NCBI GenBank assembly: GCA_030655955.1
Contig: JAUSOZ010000187.1
Coordinates: forward strand, 1-47,268
DNA: 47,268 nt
Origin: Deltaproteobacteria bacterium
GTDB taxonomy: Bacteria > Desulfobacterota > Desulfobaccia > Desulfobaccales > 0-14-0-80-60-11
Direction: 5' to 3'
Part shown: piece by piece, positions 1-9,317 of the stretch
Numbering within the stretch: position 1 is the first letter of the stretch
Layout: each line of letters opens with the position of its first letter
The notes under the pieces: generated by a model
What the model saw: the letters and a program-made list of their open reading frames with translations, nothing else
The model's database searches: none
What the model was told of the DNA's origin: nothing
Translations under genes and position numbers: made by a program

Positions 1-121
1 AAGGCGCAAGCCCTTTCTGCGGCTGGTAAGCCTTGGGAAAACCTGGTTATTCTCCGGGGCCGGCGCCACTCGGCCGCCAGTCGGGCCTTTTTGCTTGGTT
101 TACCCCACTGTTTTCGATAAA

Positions 122-1039
122 ATGTCTGCAATGCTAAGGATGTGGAGATTTTGGGCCTTTTTGCTGCTGGGCTGGCTGATCATGGCCGGGAACCCCGCGG
201 TCGCGGCCGGGCCGTTCACCTACCGCTTCCCGACCAACCCGGGCGGGGACCCATCCGCGGTCACCGTGGTGGGCCAGCCCCAGACGCACCACATCGTGCG
301 CTATGAGAATCTCTACAAGATCGCCCGGGAATATGACCTGGGGTTTTGGGAACTGGCCCGTTTCCATCGCCCCCTGGATCATTTCTATCTGCCCTGGGAA
401 ACCGATATCGTCATACCCACCCAGTGGATCCTGCCCTCCGACACCTCGCCCCCCGGCTACCTGCTCAACGTGGCGGAACTCCGGGGCTACCGGTTTTTCC
501 CGGATAAGCACGAAGTCTGGACCTTCCCCATCGGCATCGGGGTGCTGGACTACAAGACTCCCTTTAACCAGCGCTTCCGGGTCCAGAACAAGGCGGTCAA
601 CCCGGGCTGGCGTATTCCGCCGGGATTGCAGGCCAAATACGGCATGTCCTACATGCCCCCGGGGGAAGACAACCCCGTGGGCAACCGCTGGATGGGGCTG
701 TCCCACTACGGCCTCCACGGCACCGCCGCGCCCATGGGGGTGGGCCGCCTGGTGAGCCACGGCTGCATCCGGCACTACCCGGAGGACATCGTCAAGCTCT
801 TTGACATGACCCCGGTGGGCACCTCGGTGATGATCATTTATGAGCCCGTGAAAATCGGCTTCCTTGAGGGGCGCACCTATATTGAAGTGCATGAGGATAT
901 CTATTATAAGATCCCGGATATGCTCCAGTACGCCATGAAACGGGTGCAGGACCGGAACCTGGCCGGGCGGATCGACTGGAACCGCTTTCTTAAGGCCGTA
1001 GAAGAACAAACTGGAGCTCCGGTAGATATTAGCCGATAA
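122..1039 (+). CDS. L,D-transpeptidase (YkuD domain), secreted
   Basis: This is the frame of ORF 95..1039. The first ATG at 122 gives a signal-like N-terminus, MSAMLRMWRFWAFLLLGWLIMAGNPAVAA. The C-terminal half carries the YkuD catalytic signature LSHYGLHGTAAPMGVGRLVSHGCIRH. The frame stays open to the window start, so the start choice is a judgement. Confidence 0.8.
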   Translation: MSAMLRMWRFWAFLLLGWLIMAGNPAVAAGPFTYRFPTNPGGDPSAVTVVGQPQTHHIVRYENLYKIAREYDLGFWELARFHRPLDHFYLPWETDIVIPTQWILPSDTSPPGYLLNVAELRGYRFFPDKHEVWTFPIGIGVLDYKTPFNQRFRVQNKAVNPGWRIPPGLQAKYGMSYMPPGEDNPVGNRWMGLSHYGLHGTAAPMGVGRLVSHGCIRHYPEDIVKLFDMTPVGTSVMIIYEPVKIGFLEGRTYIEVHEDIYYKIPDMLQYAMKRVQDRNLAGRIDWNRFLKAVEEQTGAPVDISR

Positions 1040-1131
1040 GCCCTAATATCTCCTCAAGCCTACCAGGACGGCGCCTGACGCCAGCCCGGAAATGGCCTGA
1101 CCGAGCCGGGCAAGACTCCCGGGAGTCGAAG

Positions 1132-2418
1132 ATGAGCGTTAATCCGGCCTCTCAAAGAAGTGAGTCAGGCAGCAAGGAAGCTCATGACGATGCGGATCAC
1201 TGCACCAAAATATTACAGGTTATGGAAAGGCTGTCTCAGATCAAAGATGTGCAGGCCTTATTGGCTGAGGTGCTTCTCCATGCCCGCCGGTTGACCCGGG
1301 CCGACGCCGGCTCCATGTATCTCATCGAGAATAATGTCCTCAATTTCAGCTATATCCAGAACGATACCCTGTTTGGCGCCTCCGAGGTCAATCGCTATCT
1401 CTATTCGAGCCACACCGTGGCGATTGATAACCATTCGCTGTCCGGGTACGTGGCCCTGACCGGGAAGCCCCTGCTGATTGACGACGCTTATCACCTGCCG
1501 CCCGGGATGCCTTTCACCTTCAATGATTCTTTTGATCGCCTGTCGGGCTATCGGACACAATCAATCCTGGCGGTGCCGCTCGTAACCAGCCACAACAAGA
1601 CGGTGGGGGTGATGCAAATTCTCAATCCCCTCAACGACGACCGGCAAACCTCAACCTTTACCCCCGGAGACCTCCTATTGCTCAAGCACTTTGCCGATAA
1701 CGCCGCCGCCGCGATTGAACGCGCCATGATGACCCGGGAGATCATCATGAGAATGATCCAGATGTGCGAACTGCGTGACCCCAAGGAAACGGGGCTGCAT
1801 GCCAACCGGGTCGGCGCCTATGCCGCCGAGGTCTATCATCAGTGGTCCCTCAAGCAGGGTATTGCCGACGACGAGATCAAGCGCAACAAAGACTCGCTGA
1901 GAATTGCCGCCATGCTGCACGATCTGGGGAAAGTGGCCATTTCTGACCTCATCCTGAGAAAACCCGACAAGCTGAATTCCGAAGAATTCCGGATCATGCA
2001 GTACCACACGATTCATGGGGCCCGTTTGTTCCGGAACCAGGAGTCCGACCTGGATGTCCTGTCGGCGGAAATCGCTCTGAATCATCATGAAAAATGGGAT
2101 GGTACGGGATATCCAGGAAAAATCGATGATATTTACCAGGACCAGCTCCGGTTTGGTCAGGGGAAACGGGGGGAGGAAATCCCTATTGCCGCCCGCATCG
2201 TGGCCCTGGCCGACGTCTACGATGCCCTGGTGTCCCCAAGAGCCTATAAAGATGCCTGGTCCGAGACCACGACCCTGAGTTACATTAAAGATCAGTCAGG
2301 TAAGCTTTTCGATCCGGAAGTGGTGCACGCCTTTCTGGCCATTTACGATGTCATTACGGCCATTCGAGGCAAATATCCGGAAGAAAGCTCGCCCTCATCT
2401 CCGGCCACCTCATCTTAA
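1132..2418 (+). CDS. GAF-domain HD-GYP phosphodiesterase (c-di-GMP signalling)
   Basis: A 428-aa ORF with GGGAG about 8 nt before the ATG. It has a GAF-like N-terminal half and the HD-GYP motifs AAMLHDLGK and HHEKWDGTGYPG. Confidence 0.85.
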   Translation: MSVNPASQRSESGSKEAHDDADHCTKILQVMERLSQIKDVQALLAEVLLHARRLTRADAGSMYLIENNVLNFSYIQNDTLFGASEVNRYLYSSHTVAIDNHSLSGYVALTGKPLLIDDAYHLPPGMPFTFNDSFDRLSGYRTQSILAVPLVTSHNKTVGVMQILNPLNDDRQTSTFTPGDLLLLKHFADNAAAAIERAMMTREIIMRMIQMCELRDPKETGLHANRVGAYAAEVYHQWSLKQGIADDEIKRNKDSLRIAAMLHDLGKVAISDLILRKPDKLNSEEFRIMQYHTIHGARLFRNQESDLDVLSAEIALNHHEKWDGTGYPGKIDDIYQDQLRFGQGKRGEEIPIAARIVALADVYDALVSPRAYKDAWSETTTLSYIKDQSGKLFDPEVVHAFLAIYDVITAIRGKYPEESSPSSPATSS

Positions 2419-2562
2419 CTGACCGGTCTTCCCCTCCCGGGCAAAATTCTTGATTCCGGTTTCAACTTGGTGTGGAGAGAGGCAGTTACCTGCCGACTCC
2501 GCGCCCATGAGTGGCGGCATAATTTAGGCTACGTCGCCTCGCCTGGCAGCCCGGCAGGATAG

Positions 2563-3522
2563 CTACCGGAAATGGCAGGCGACCCGGTGGTCCGGGGCGG
2601 TTTCCCGTAAGGCGGGGACGGACTCCCGGCAGAGGGGGAATTGGGCCTCGGGGCAGCGGGGGTGGAAGGGGCAGCCCGGGGGGACGTTGACCGGGCTGGG
2701 CGGCTCCCCCTTGAGGATCGGGGGGTTATAGGTCCGCTCCGGGGTGGGCCGGGGCACCGCGGCGAGCAGGGCCTCGGTGTAGGGGTGCAGTCGCCCGGCG
2801 GCCAGAACTTCCCGGGAGGCCATTTCCATCAGGCGGCCCACGTACATCACGGCCACCCGGTTGCTGATCTGGGAGATGACCCCCAGGTCGTGGGAGATGA
2901 AGAGGTAGGTCAGGCCGTGGCGCTGTTGGAGCTCGGCCAGGAGGTTCAAAATCTGGGCCTGGATGGAGACGTCCAGGGCACTGACGGGCTCGTCCGCCAC
3001 GATGAGCCGGGGTTTTAAGGCCAGGGCCCGGGCGATCCCCAGGCGCTGGCGCTGGCCGCCGATGAATTCGTGGGGATAGCGGTCGGCGACGTCAGCGGTC
3101 AGCCCCACTTCCGTGAGCAGCTCCTCCACCCAGGCCCGGCGCTCGGGGCGGCGGCCCAGGTTATGGATGACGAAGGGCTCTTCCAGGATCTGGCCCGCGG
3201 TCATGCGGGGGTTAAGAGAGGAATAGGGGTCCTGGAAGATGATCTGGATCTGGCGCCGCAGCTCCTTCAGATGTTTGTGGGAGACCCGGGCCAGGTCTTC
3301 CCCGGCGAAGATGATGCGGCCCCGGGTGGGAGGCAAGAGGGCCAGCGCCAGGCGGCCCAGGGTGGATTTGCCGCAGCCGGACTCCCCCACCAGCCCCAGG
3401 GTCTCCCCGGGATTCAGGGCAAAACTCACCCCGTCCACCGCCTTGAGCACCGGCCCTTTACCCCAGGCGCCGGCCAGGCGGAAGTAGCAGCTTAAGTCCT
3501 GGGCTTCCAGCAGTTCAGACAT
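2563..3522 (-). CDS. Oligopeptide/dipeptide-type ABC transporter ATP-binding subunit (OppF/DppF-like)
   Basis: Walker A GESGCGKST, signature region GGQRQRLGIARAL, Walker B LIVADEPVSALD, and the Cys-containing C-terminal extension typical of Opp/Dpp ATPases. The start is set at ATG 3522 (MSELLEAQDL), which overlaps the upstream stop by 8 nt. The longer ORF reaching 3792 lies inside the upstream gene. Confidence 0.85.
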   Translation of the reverse strand: MSELLEAQDLSCYFRLAGAWGKGPVLKAVDGVSFALNPGETLGLVGESGCGKSTLGRLALALLPPTRGRIIFAGEDLARVSHKHLKELRRQIQIIFQDPYSSLNPRMTAGQILEEPFVIHNLGRRPERRAWVEELLTEVGLTADVADRYPHEFIGGQRQRLGIARALALKPRLIVADEPVSALDVSIQAQILNLLAELQQRHGLTYLFISHDLGVISQISNRVAVMYVGRLMEMASREVLAAGRLHPYTEALLAAVPRPTPERTYNPPILKGEPPSPVNVPPGCPFHPRCPEAQFPLCRESVPALRETAPDHRVACHFR

Positions 3523-4495
3523 AATTCCAACAGCGTACCTGGTGTCCGGGGCCCACCTCCACCCAGGGCGGTTCTTCCCGGCAGCGGCCATGGGCCAGGG
3601 GGCAGCGGTCCCGAAAGAGGCAGCCCGAGGGGGGCTCCGCCGGCAGGTGGCCTGCGATGGCCGAGAGGATTTCCCCGGGCGGGTGGCTGAAATCCAGCCG
3701 GGGCACGGAATTGAGCAACCCCACGGTATACGGGTGATTAGGATGCCGGAAGAGTTCCTCAGTGGAGGCCACCTCCACCATGAGCCCGGCATACATCACC
3801 GCCACCCGGTCGGCGGTCTGGGCCACGATCCCCAGGTTGTGGGTGATGAACAACACCGCCAGCCCCAATTCCGCCTTGAGTCTGGCCAGCAAGGCCAGGA
3901 TCTGGGCCTGGATGGTCACGTCCAGGGCGGTGGTGGGCTCGTCGGCGATGAGCAGGTCCGGGTCGCAGGCCAGGGCCATGGCCATCAGGGCCCGCTGGCG
4001 CAAGCCCCCCGAGAGCTGGTGCGGATATTGCCCCAGGCGGTGGGAGGCGTCGGGGAAGCCTACCCGGGTCAGGGCCGCGGCCGCTTCACGCCAGGCCTCC
4101 GGGTGGGACATGCCGCGGTGAAGGCGCAGGGCCTCGGCCACCTGCTCGCCGATGGTGAGGACCGGGTTCAGGGCGGTCATGGGTTCCTGGAAGACCATGG
4201 CAATGCGGTCGCCCCGGATCTGGCGCATGCGGGCCTCCGGGCAGGTCGTCAGGTCTTCGCCCTGAAAGCGGATCACGCCGGTGACCTCCGCCGGGGGAGT
4301 CTGGAGGAGCCGCAGGATAGACAAGGCGGTGACGGTCTTGCCGCAGCCCGATTCGCCCACCAGCCCCAGGGTCTCGCCGGGGGCCAGATCGAAGCTCACC
4401 CCGGCCACGGCCCTGACCTTACCCCGGGCCACATCGAAGTTTACCGTCAGGTCCCTGACCTCAAGCAACGGGGCGGCGTCCGGCTTGATCGCCAA
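3515..4495 (-). CDS. Oligopeptide/dipeptide-type ABC transporter ATP-binding subunit (OppD/DppD-like)
   Basis: Walker A GESGCGKTV, signature LSGGLRQRALMAMAL, Walker B LLIADEPTTALD. The ORF-track start at 4495 is a TTG with no clear SD, so the exact start is uncertain. Confidence 0.85.
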   Translation of the reverse strand: MAIKPDAAPLLEVRDLTVNFDVARGKVRAVAGVSFDLAPGETLGLVGESGCGKTVTALSILRLLQTPPAEVTGVIRFQGEDLTTCPEARMRQIRGDRIAMVFQEPMTALNPVLTIGEQVAEALRLHRGMSHPEAWREAAAALTRVGFPDASHRLGQYPHQLSGGLRQRALMAMALACDPDLLIADEPTTALDVTIQAQILALLARLKAELGLAVLFITHNLGIVAQTADRVAVMYAGLMVEVASTEELFRHPNHPYTVGLLNSVPRLDFSHPPGEILSAIAGHLPAEPPSGCLFRDRCPLAHGRCREEPPWVEVGPGHQVRCWNYV

Positions 4496-4549
4496 ATTAT
4501 CGGCCCTATAACTCAGAGAGTTCTCCTGTCCTGAAAAATCCTTCCGGTA

Positions 4550-4571
4550 GCACAGGCTTTCCAGCCTGTGC
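4550..4571. repeat. REP-like hairpin, family A (GCACAGGCTTTCCAGCCTGTGC)
   Basis: A perfect 8-bp stem with a 6-nt loop. The same motif recurs at 14395, 14437, 15749 and 22390. Confidence 0.8.
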
Positions 4572-4667
4572 GGACTGCATGGCAGGCGCGGAGGCCCGCC
4601 CCACCAACATTTTCATGCTTTACGGGTGGGGCAAAGGCCCATGAGTGACTGCCCTGAAAAGTCTTTC

Positions 4668-4690
4668 GTAGGGTGCGTCCTACGCACCAT
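4668..4690. repeat. REP-like hairpin, family B (GTAGGGTGCGTCCTACGCACCAT)
   Basis: A palindromic GGTGCG..CGCACC core. It recurs at 14661, 14701, 15824, 21262 and 34781. Confidence 0.8.
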
Positions 4691-4725
4691 CAATCCAGTT
4701 AAGGCCCGTATCCCGTAGCAGTAAA

Positions 4726-4866
4726 GCGCAGCGCATCCCGCCTTGCCCTCGTTCCCAAGCTCCTGCTTGGGCCATCTGGTGCAATACATAGATGATTCTC
4801 TCGCAAAGCAGGAGCTTTGCCTGCAATGGGGTTCCCAAGCGGGAGCTTGGGAACCAGAAACAAATT
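4726..4866 (-). repeat. Composite ~145-bp repeat unit, copy 1 (inverted relative to copies 2 and 3)
   Basis: The reverse complement reads TTTCTGGTTCCCAAGCTCCCGCTTGGGAACCCCATTGCAGGCAAAGCTCCTGCTTTGCGAGAGAATCAT...CAAGCAGGAGCTTGGGAACGAGGGCAAGGCGGGATGCGCTGCGC. This is nearly the same string as 14204..14347. It contains the GTTCCCAAGC..GCTTGGGAAC hairpins. The stop codon of the adjacent kinase gene lies at its edge. Confidence 0.8.
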
Positions 4867-6256
4867 ACCCCTCCACCACTGGCGCTTCGTTTACGGGCAG
4901 CTGGATGGTAAAAGTGGTGCCTTGGCCCGGGGTGCTGTCTACCAGAATTATGCCACCGTGCTCGGAGATGATGCCCTGGCTGATGGCCAGCCCCAGGCCC
5001 GTCCCCTTATCCTTGGTGGTGAAATAGGGCTGAAAAATATTGCCCGCCACCTCCGGGGGCATACCCTCGCCGGTATCGGCGAGGCTGATTTCGGCGTTGG
5101 CCCCCTGAACCCGGCTGGTGATGGTGATCTCCCCGCCGTCAGGCATGGCCTCCAGGGCGTTTTTCAAGAGATTGATCAGCACCTGATGCACCTGCTTGGG
5201 GTCGAAATTCACCGCCGGCAATGGGGTCTCCTCCACCCGGCGCACCTGGATATTATGCTCCTTAAAGGTATCCTGGAACAGTTCCAGGGCATTGGTAAGG
5301 GCGTCGCCAAGCTGCCCCGGGCGCTTTTGGGCCGGCGGGCGGCGGACAAATTCCCGCATTTCGGCCACCATCTCTTCCAGCTGCCTCACCTCTTCGGCTA
5401 TCATGGACAGCTTGCGGCGGGACTTGTCGTCCAGGCCCGGGACCTTGATCAGCTGCTGGGCGAACCCCCCAATGATGAGCAGGGGGTTTTTGATTTCATG
5501 GGCGATATGGGTCATGGTATTGCCCACCGCGGCCAGGCGTTCGGTATGGAGCACCCGGTCTTCCAACTCCTTATATTCGGTGATGTCGCGGATGATGCCG
5601 GTAAAATAAAGGTTGTCCCGTATCTCGGCCACGGAAAAGGAGATGCTGATGGGGAATTCGCCGCCGTCCCGGCGCTGGGCGCTGAGGCGGGCGTGCTTGC
5701 CGATCAGCCGGGCCTCCCGGGTGGCCATATAACGGCGCACGTAATCCCGGTGATCGGCCTTATAAGGCGGCGGAATGATGATGGACAGGTCCTGGCCCAG
5801 GGCTTCGCCCCGGGTGAAGCCGAACATCTGCTCCGCCCCCAGATTGTAGCCCACAATGACGTGGTCCTCGTTGATGGTGATAATGGCGTCGGTGGCGCTG
5901 TTGATGATGCCGGAGTTGATTTCCTGCTTCTGGCGCAACTCCTGGAGCTGGCACACCAGCTCGTTGAGGAAACGAGCCACGGGACCGGTGATGAGATTGT
6001 CCACCGTTGCCGGCGAAAACGCCGGGCGCCCGGCGGTCATAAACTGGCCGTCCAGAATGAGGTCAAAAGCCTGGGGATCTAAATCGGGTAAGAGGTTCAC
6101 CTGGCAGCCGGCTGCCACCTCGGGTTTGGTGCCGTACAAAACCAGGTCCACCGGCGGGTAACCTTCCAGGGAAAAGGGCAGCGTCACCGCCTGGCAGATG
6201 AATTCCTGCCCGTTTAAGACGATGGCGATGCGGATGGGTTTAGGGGCGCTGGTCAT
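4865..6256 (-). CDS. Soluble PAS-domain sensor histidine kinase (paralog 1)
   Basis: PAS-like region (INSATDAIITINEDHVIVGYN), HisKA H-box HIAHEIKNPL, HATPase_c motifs (NLLKNALEAM, DTGEGMP, GTGLGLAI). No hydrophobic TM segment. An unassigned ~110-aa N-terminal region is present. Confidence 0.85.
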   Translation of the reverse strand: MTSAPKPIRIAIVLNGQEFICQAVTLPFSLEGYPPVDLVLYGTKPEVAAGCQVNLLPDLDPQAFDLILDGQFMTAGRPAFSPATVDNLITGPVARFLNELVCQLQELRQKQEINSGIINSATDAIITINEDHVIVGYNLGAEQMFGFTRGEALGQDLSIIIPPPYKADHRDYVRRYMATREARLIGKHARLSAQRRDGGEFPISISFSVAEIRDNLYFTGIIRDITEYKELEDRVLHTERLAAVGNTMTHIAHEIKNPLLIIGGFAQQLIKVPGLDDKSRRKLSMIAEEVRQLEEMVAEMREFVRRPPAQKRPGQLGDALTNALELFQDTFKEHNIQVRRVEETPLPAVNFDPKQVHQVLINLLKNALEAMPDGGEITITSRVQGANAEISLADTGEGMPPEVAGNIFQPYFTTKDKGTGLGLAISQGIISEHGGIILVDSTPGQGTTFTIQLPVNEAPVVEG

Positions 6257-6270
6257 TTTTTCATAGAGCC

Positions 6271-6296
6271 GTGAGCAGTGAGCTGCGAGCAGTTAG
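6271..6296. repeat. REP-like repeat, family D (GAGCAG/AGCTG-type, GTGAGCAGTGAGCTGCGAGCAGTTAG)
   Basis: Related strings built from AGCTNNCAGC-type units occur at 7821, 7958, 21205 and 34806. Confidence 0.55.
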
Positions 6297-6392
6297 GCCC
6301 GCCGCAGTTGATTTTAATGGAGGGCAGGCATTGCCCGCCATCAATGGATTCGCTTCTCTATCGGCCATGGTTAGCGGCCACGAAACGCCGCG

Positions 6393-7817
6393 CTAGCCGC
6401 GGTTTTCCTCTATGGGCCGGGTGCCCCCGTCAGCCGGGGAGGTCTCCTGTAAGGGCAGTTGGATGGTGAAGGTAGCCCCCCGGCCCGGGGTGCTGTCGGC
6501 AAAGAGACAGCCGCCGTGCTCGGTCATGATATTCTGGCAGATGGCCAGCCCCAGTCCGGTGCCCTTTTCCTTGGTGGTGAAATAGGGCTGAAAAATATTG
6601 TCTGCCACCTCCGGCGGCATACCGGCGCCGGTGTCGCTGACGCTGATTTCTGCGTTGGTTCCCGCAACCCGGCTGGTGATGGAGATCTCTCCGCCTGTGG
6701 GCATGGCCTCCACGGCATTCTTCAATAAATTGATCAGCACCCGGTGCACCTGCTTGGGGTCGAAGGCCACGGGCGGCAGCGGCGTTTCTTCCACCCGGCG
6801 CACCTGGATATTATGCTCCTTAAAAGTATCCTGGAACAATTCCAGGGCTTCGTCAACCACCGCCGCGATCTGCCCCGGGCGCTTGACGGTCGCCGGCTGG
6901 CGCACGAAATCCCGCATCTCGGCCACCATTTCCTCCAGGTGACTCACTTCTTCGGCCATGATGGACAATTTTCGGCGGGCCGGGTCGTCAAATCCCGGGG
7001 CCTTGAGAAGCTGCCGGGCAAACCCCCCGATGATGATGAGGGGGTTTTTGATTTCGTGGGCGATGTGGGCCACGGTACTGCCCACTGCGGCCAGGCGTTC
7101 GGCGTTGAGCACCCGGTCTTCCATGGCTTTATATTCGGTAATGTCCCGCATGATGGCGGTAAAATACAGGTTACCCTGAATCTCGGCCACGGAAAAGGAG
7201 ATGCTCAGGGGAAATTCCTGCCCGTCCCGGCGCCGGGCGGTGAGGCGCCGTTGCCGCCCGAGCACGTGGGCCTCCCGGGTGGCCAGATAGCGCCGCAGAT
7301 AGTCCACGTGGACTTCTTGGTAAGGCGGCGGAATAATGAGTTTCAGGTCCTGGCCCAGGGCTTCGGTGCGGGTGTACCCGAACATCTGCTCCGCCCCTTG
7401 GTTGTAACCGATGATGACGTGATCGGAATTGATGGTGATGAGTCCATCGGTGGCGCCCATGATGACGCCGGCGTTGATCTCCTGCTTCTGGCGCAACTCC
7501 TGGAGTTGGCACACCACGGTTTTCAGAAAGCTGGCGGCAGGGCCGGTTACGAGGTTATCCAGCCGGTCCGGGAAAAAATCGTCTATCCCGGCGGTCAGGA
7601 ACTGGCCGTCCAGGATGAGATCGAACCCCTCCGGGTGCAAATCCGGCAGGAGGTTCACGGTCAGGCCAGGGGCCGGGGTTTCGGGTTGGCGGCCGTACAA
7701 GACGAGTTCCACCGGCGGGTAACCTTCCAGGGAGAAGGGCAGCATGACCGCATGGCAGACGAATTCCTGCCCGTTTAAGACGATGGCGATGCGGATGGGT
7801 TTGGGAGCGGCGGTCAT
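6393..7817 (-). CDS. Soluble PAS-domain sensor histidine kinase (paralog 2)
   Basis: Same architecture as 4865..6256 and alignable over its whole length, for example the identical LELFQDTFKEHNIQVRRVEETPLP. The start is set at ATG 7817 (MTAAPKPIRIAIV) by comparison with the paralog's MTSAPKPIRIAIV. The ORF-track start at 7826 is a TTG. Confidence 0.85.
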   Translation of the reverse strand: MTAAPKPIRIAIVLNGQEFVCHAVMLPFSLEGYPPVELVLYGRQPETPAPGLTVNLLPDLHPEGFDLILDGQFLTAGIDDFFPDRLDNLVTGPAASFLKTVVCQLQELRQKQEINAGVIMGATDGLITINSDHVIIGYNQGAEQMFGYTRTEALGQDLKLIIPPPYQEVHVDYLRRYLATREAHVLGRQRRLTARRRDGQEFPLSISFSVAEIQGNLYFTAIMRDITEYKAMEDRVLNAERLAAVGSTVAHIAHEIKNPLIIIGGFARQLLKAPGFDDPARRKLSIMAEEVSHLEEMVAEMRDFVRQPATVKRPGQIAAVVDEALELFQDTFKEHNIQVRRVEETPLPPVAFDPKQVHRVLINLLKNAVEAMPTGGEISITSRVAGTNAEISVSDTGAGMPPEVADNIFQPYFTTKEKGTGLGLAICQNIMTEHGGCLFADSTPGRGATFTIQLPLQETSPADGGTRPIEENRG

Positions 7818-7820
7818 GGT

Positions 7821-7857
7821 CAGCAATGAGCTATCAGCTTTTAGCAGTCAGTTAGCA
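7821..7857. repeat. REP-like repeat, family D
   Basis: CAGCAATGAGCTATCAGCTTTTAGCAGTCAGTTAGCA lies directly upstream of the kinase start. Confidence 0.55.
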
Positions 7858-7957
7858 AGAGTTGGCGAATGGATCATAAAAGGGCGCAATAAAATGCGCC
7901 CCCACATGGTTTAATACCGGGGCGCGGCTTGTCGTGGCCTTAAATTTCACTTTCGCC

Positions 7958-7997
7958 GCTAAAAACTGACTGCTGCAAGCTGACCGCTGCCGGTTAG
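7958..7997. repeat. REP-like repeat, family D
   Basis: GCTAAAAACTGACTGCTGCAAGCTGACCGCTGCCGGTTAG lies directly downstream of the fabF stop. Confidence 0.55.
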
Positions 7998-8000
7998 TTC

Positions 8001-9317
8001 TCAGTCTTCATAGCGTTTGAACACCAGGGCCGCATTGGTGCCGCCGAATCCGAAGGAATTGGACAGGACGTGGCGGATATCGGCAGACCGGGCCTCCCCG
8101 GTGACGATATCGAGCCCGGCACAGTCCGGGTCCAGGTTGTCCAGGTTGATGGTGGGCGGCACCTTCCCGTCCCGGATGGACAGGGCGCAAAGAATGCCTT
8201 CCACCGCCCCGGCGGCGCCCAGCAGGTGGCCGGTCATGGACTTGGTGCCGCTCACCAGCAGCTGTGAGGCGCGATCGCCAAAAATATCTTTCAAAGCCCA
8301 GGTTTCGTTGCGATCGCCCACGGGGGTGGCGGTGGCATGGGGGTTGACGTAATCAATGTCGGCGCAGGTGACGCCACCATCTTTCATGGCCTGCTGAATG
8401 CAGCGCTTGGCGCCCTCCCGATCCGGATCGGTAATGTGGTGGGCATCGCCGGTCATCCCGAAGCCGACGATTTCGGCATAGATATTGGCGTTGCGGGCCA
8501 GGGCGTGGTCCAGTTCCTCCAGTACCAGGATGCCGGCGCCTTCGGACATGACAAAGCCGGAGCGCTTGAGATCAAAGGGACGGCTGGCAGCCTCGGGGTG
8601 GTCATTGTAGCCCACGGCCAGGGCCCCCATGCGGTAAAAGGCCGTCATGGTCAGGATCGTCACCGCGGCCTCAGTACCCCCCGCGGCCATGAGGTCCGCT
8701 TCTCCCATTTGGATGGAGCGGTAGGCCAGGCCGATGGCATGGGCCCCGGCGGCGCAGGCGGTGGACAGGGCAATATTGGGACCCTTGGCTTTAAAGCGGA
8801 TGGAGACGTTGCCCGCGGCCAGGTTGGGAATCATCTTGGGCACCAGGAAGGGGGAAACCCGGCGCACCCCTTCGGCCAGGAGTTTCTGGACCCCATCCTC
8901 CCATGAGCTGACCCCGCCCATGCCACTGGCAATGATCACCCCGGCCCGATACGGGTCCTCCACCTCCAGGTTGAGACCCGAGTCATGCACCGCCTCAACG
9001 CTGGCGGCCAGGGCAAACTGGGTAAAGCGATCGGTGTACTTGATTTGTTTCAAGTCTTCCTTGGTGACTTCTTTTTTGCGGGTCTGCAAAATTTCTTTCA
9101 GATCAAAATGCTCGATGGCCCCGCCGATGATGGGGAAATCCTCCGGAATGCGGTAGCGTTCTACGAGTTCGGGATTAAAGCGGTTCAGGCGTCTTACCCC
9201 GGATTCACCGGCCAGCAACCGCTTCCACACGGTGGGCACATCGAGGCCCAAAGACGTCACCATACCCACGCCGGTGATCACCACCCGCCGCATTCCCATG
9301 GTTTTTGTAAACGACAT
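8001..9317 (-). CDS. fabF: Beta-ketoacyl-ACP synthase II
   Basis: Cys-His-His active-site contexts LSTACAAGAHAIG, NPHATATPVGD and KSMTGHLLGAAG. GGAGAGG sits 9 nt before the ATG at 9317. No acpP or fabG neighbours lie in the window. Confidence 0.9.
   Translation of the reverse strand: MSFTKTMGMRRVVITGVGMVTSLGLDVPTVWKRLLAGESGVRRLNRFNPELVERYRIPEDFPIIGGAIEHFDLKEILQTRKKEVTKEDLKQIKYTDRFTQFALAASVEAVHDSGLNLEVEDPYRAGVIIASGMGGVSSWEDGVQKLLAEGVRRVSPFLVPKMIPNLAAGNVSIRFKAKGPNIALSTACAAGAHAIGLAYRSIQMGEADLMAAGGTEAAVTILTMTAFYRMGALAVGYNDHPEAASRPFDLKRSGFVMSEGAGILVLEELDHALARNANIYAEIVGFGMTGDAHHITDPDREGAKRCIQQAMKDGGVTCADIDYVNPHATATPVGDRNETWALKDIFGDRASQLLVSGTKSMTGHLLGAAGAVEGILCALSIRDGKVPPTINLDNLDPDCAGLDIVTGEARSADIRHVLSNSFGFGGTNAALVFKRYED

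Noticed and set aside
2563-3792. N-terminally extended versions of several ORF-track entries: 2563..3792, 22339..24915, 31600..32607, 33938..34798, 37765..38649, 39508..40278 and 10633..11193.
   Set aside because: The extensions overlap the neighbouring gene or run through repeats or terminators. In each case an internal start with a good SD reproduces the expected family N-terminus.
3542-4534. Long ORFs antisense to well-supported genes. Examples are 134..1009(-), 3542..4534(+), 4817..6082(+), 6744..7778(+), 10651..11589(-), 11602..13143(-), 19865..21181(-), 25534..26592(+) and 35715..37016(+).
   Set aside because: These are typical shadow ORFs of high-GC DNA. Their translations are Gly/Arg/Pro/His-rich and carry no motifs, while the opposite strand encodes proteins with clear family signatures.
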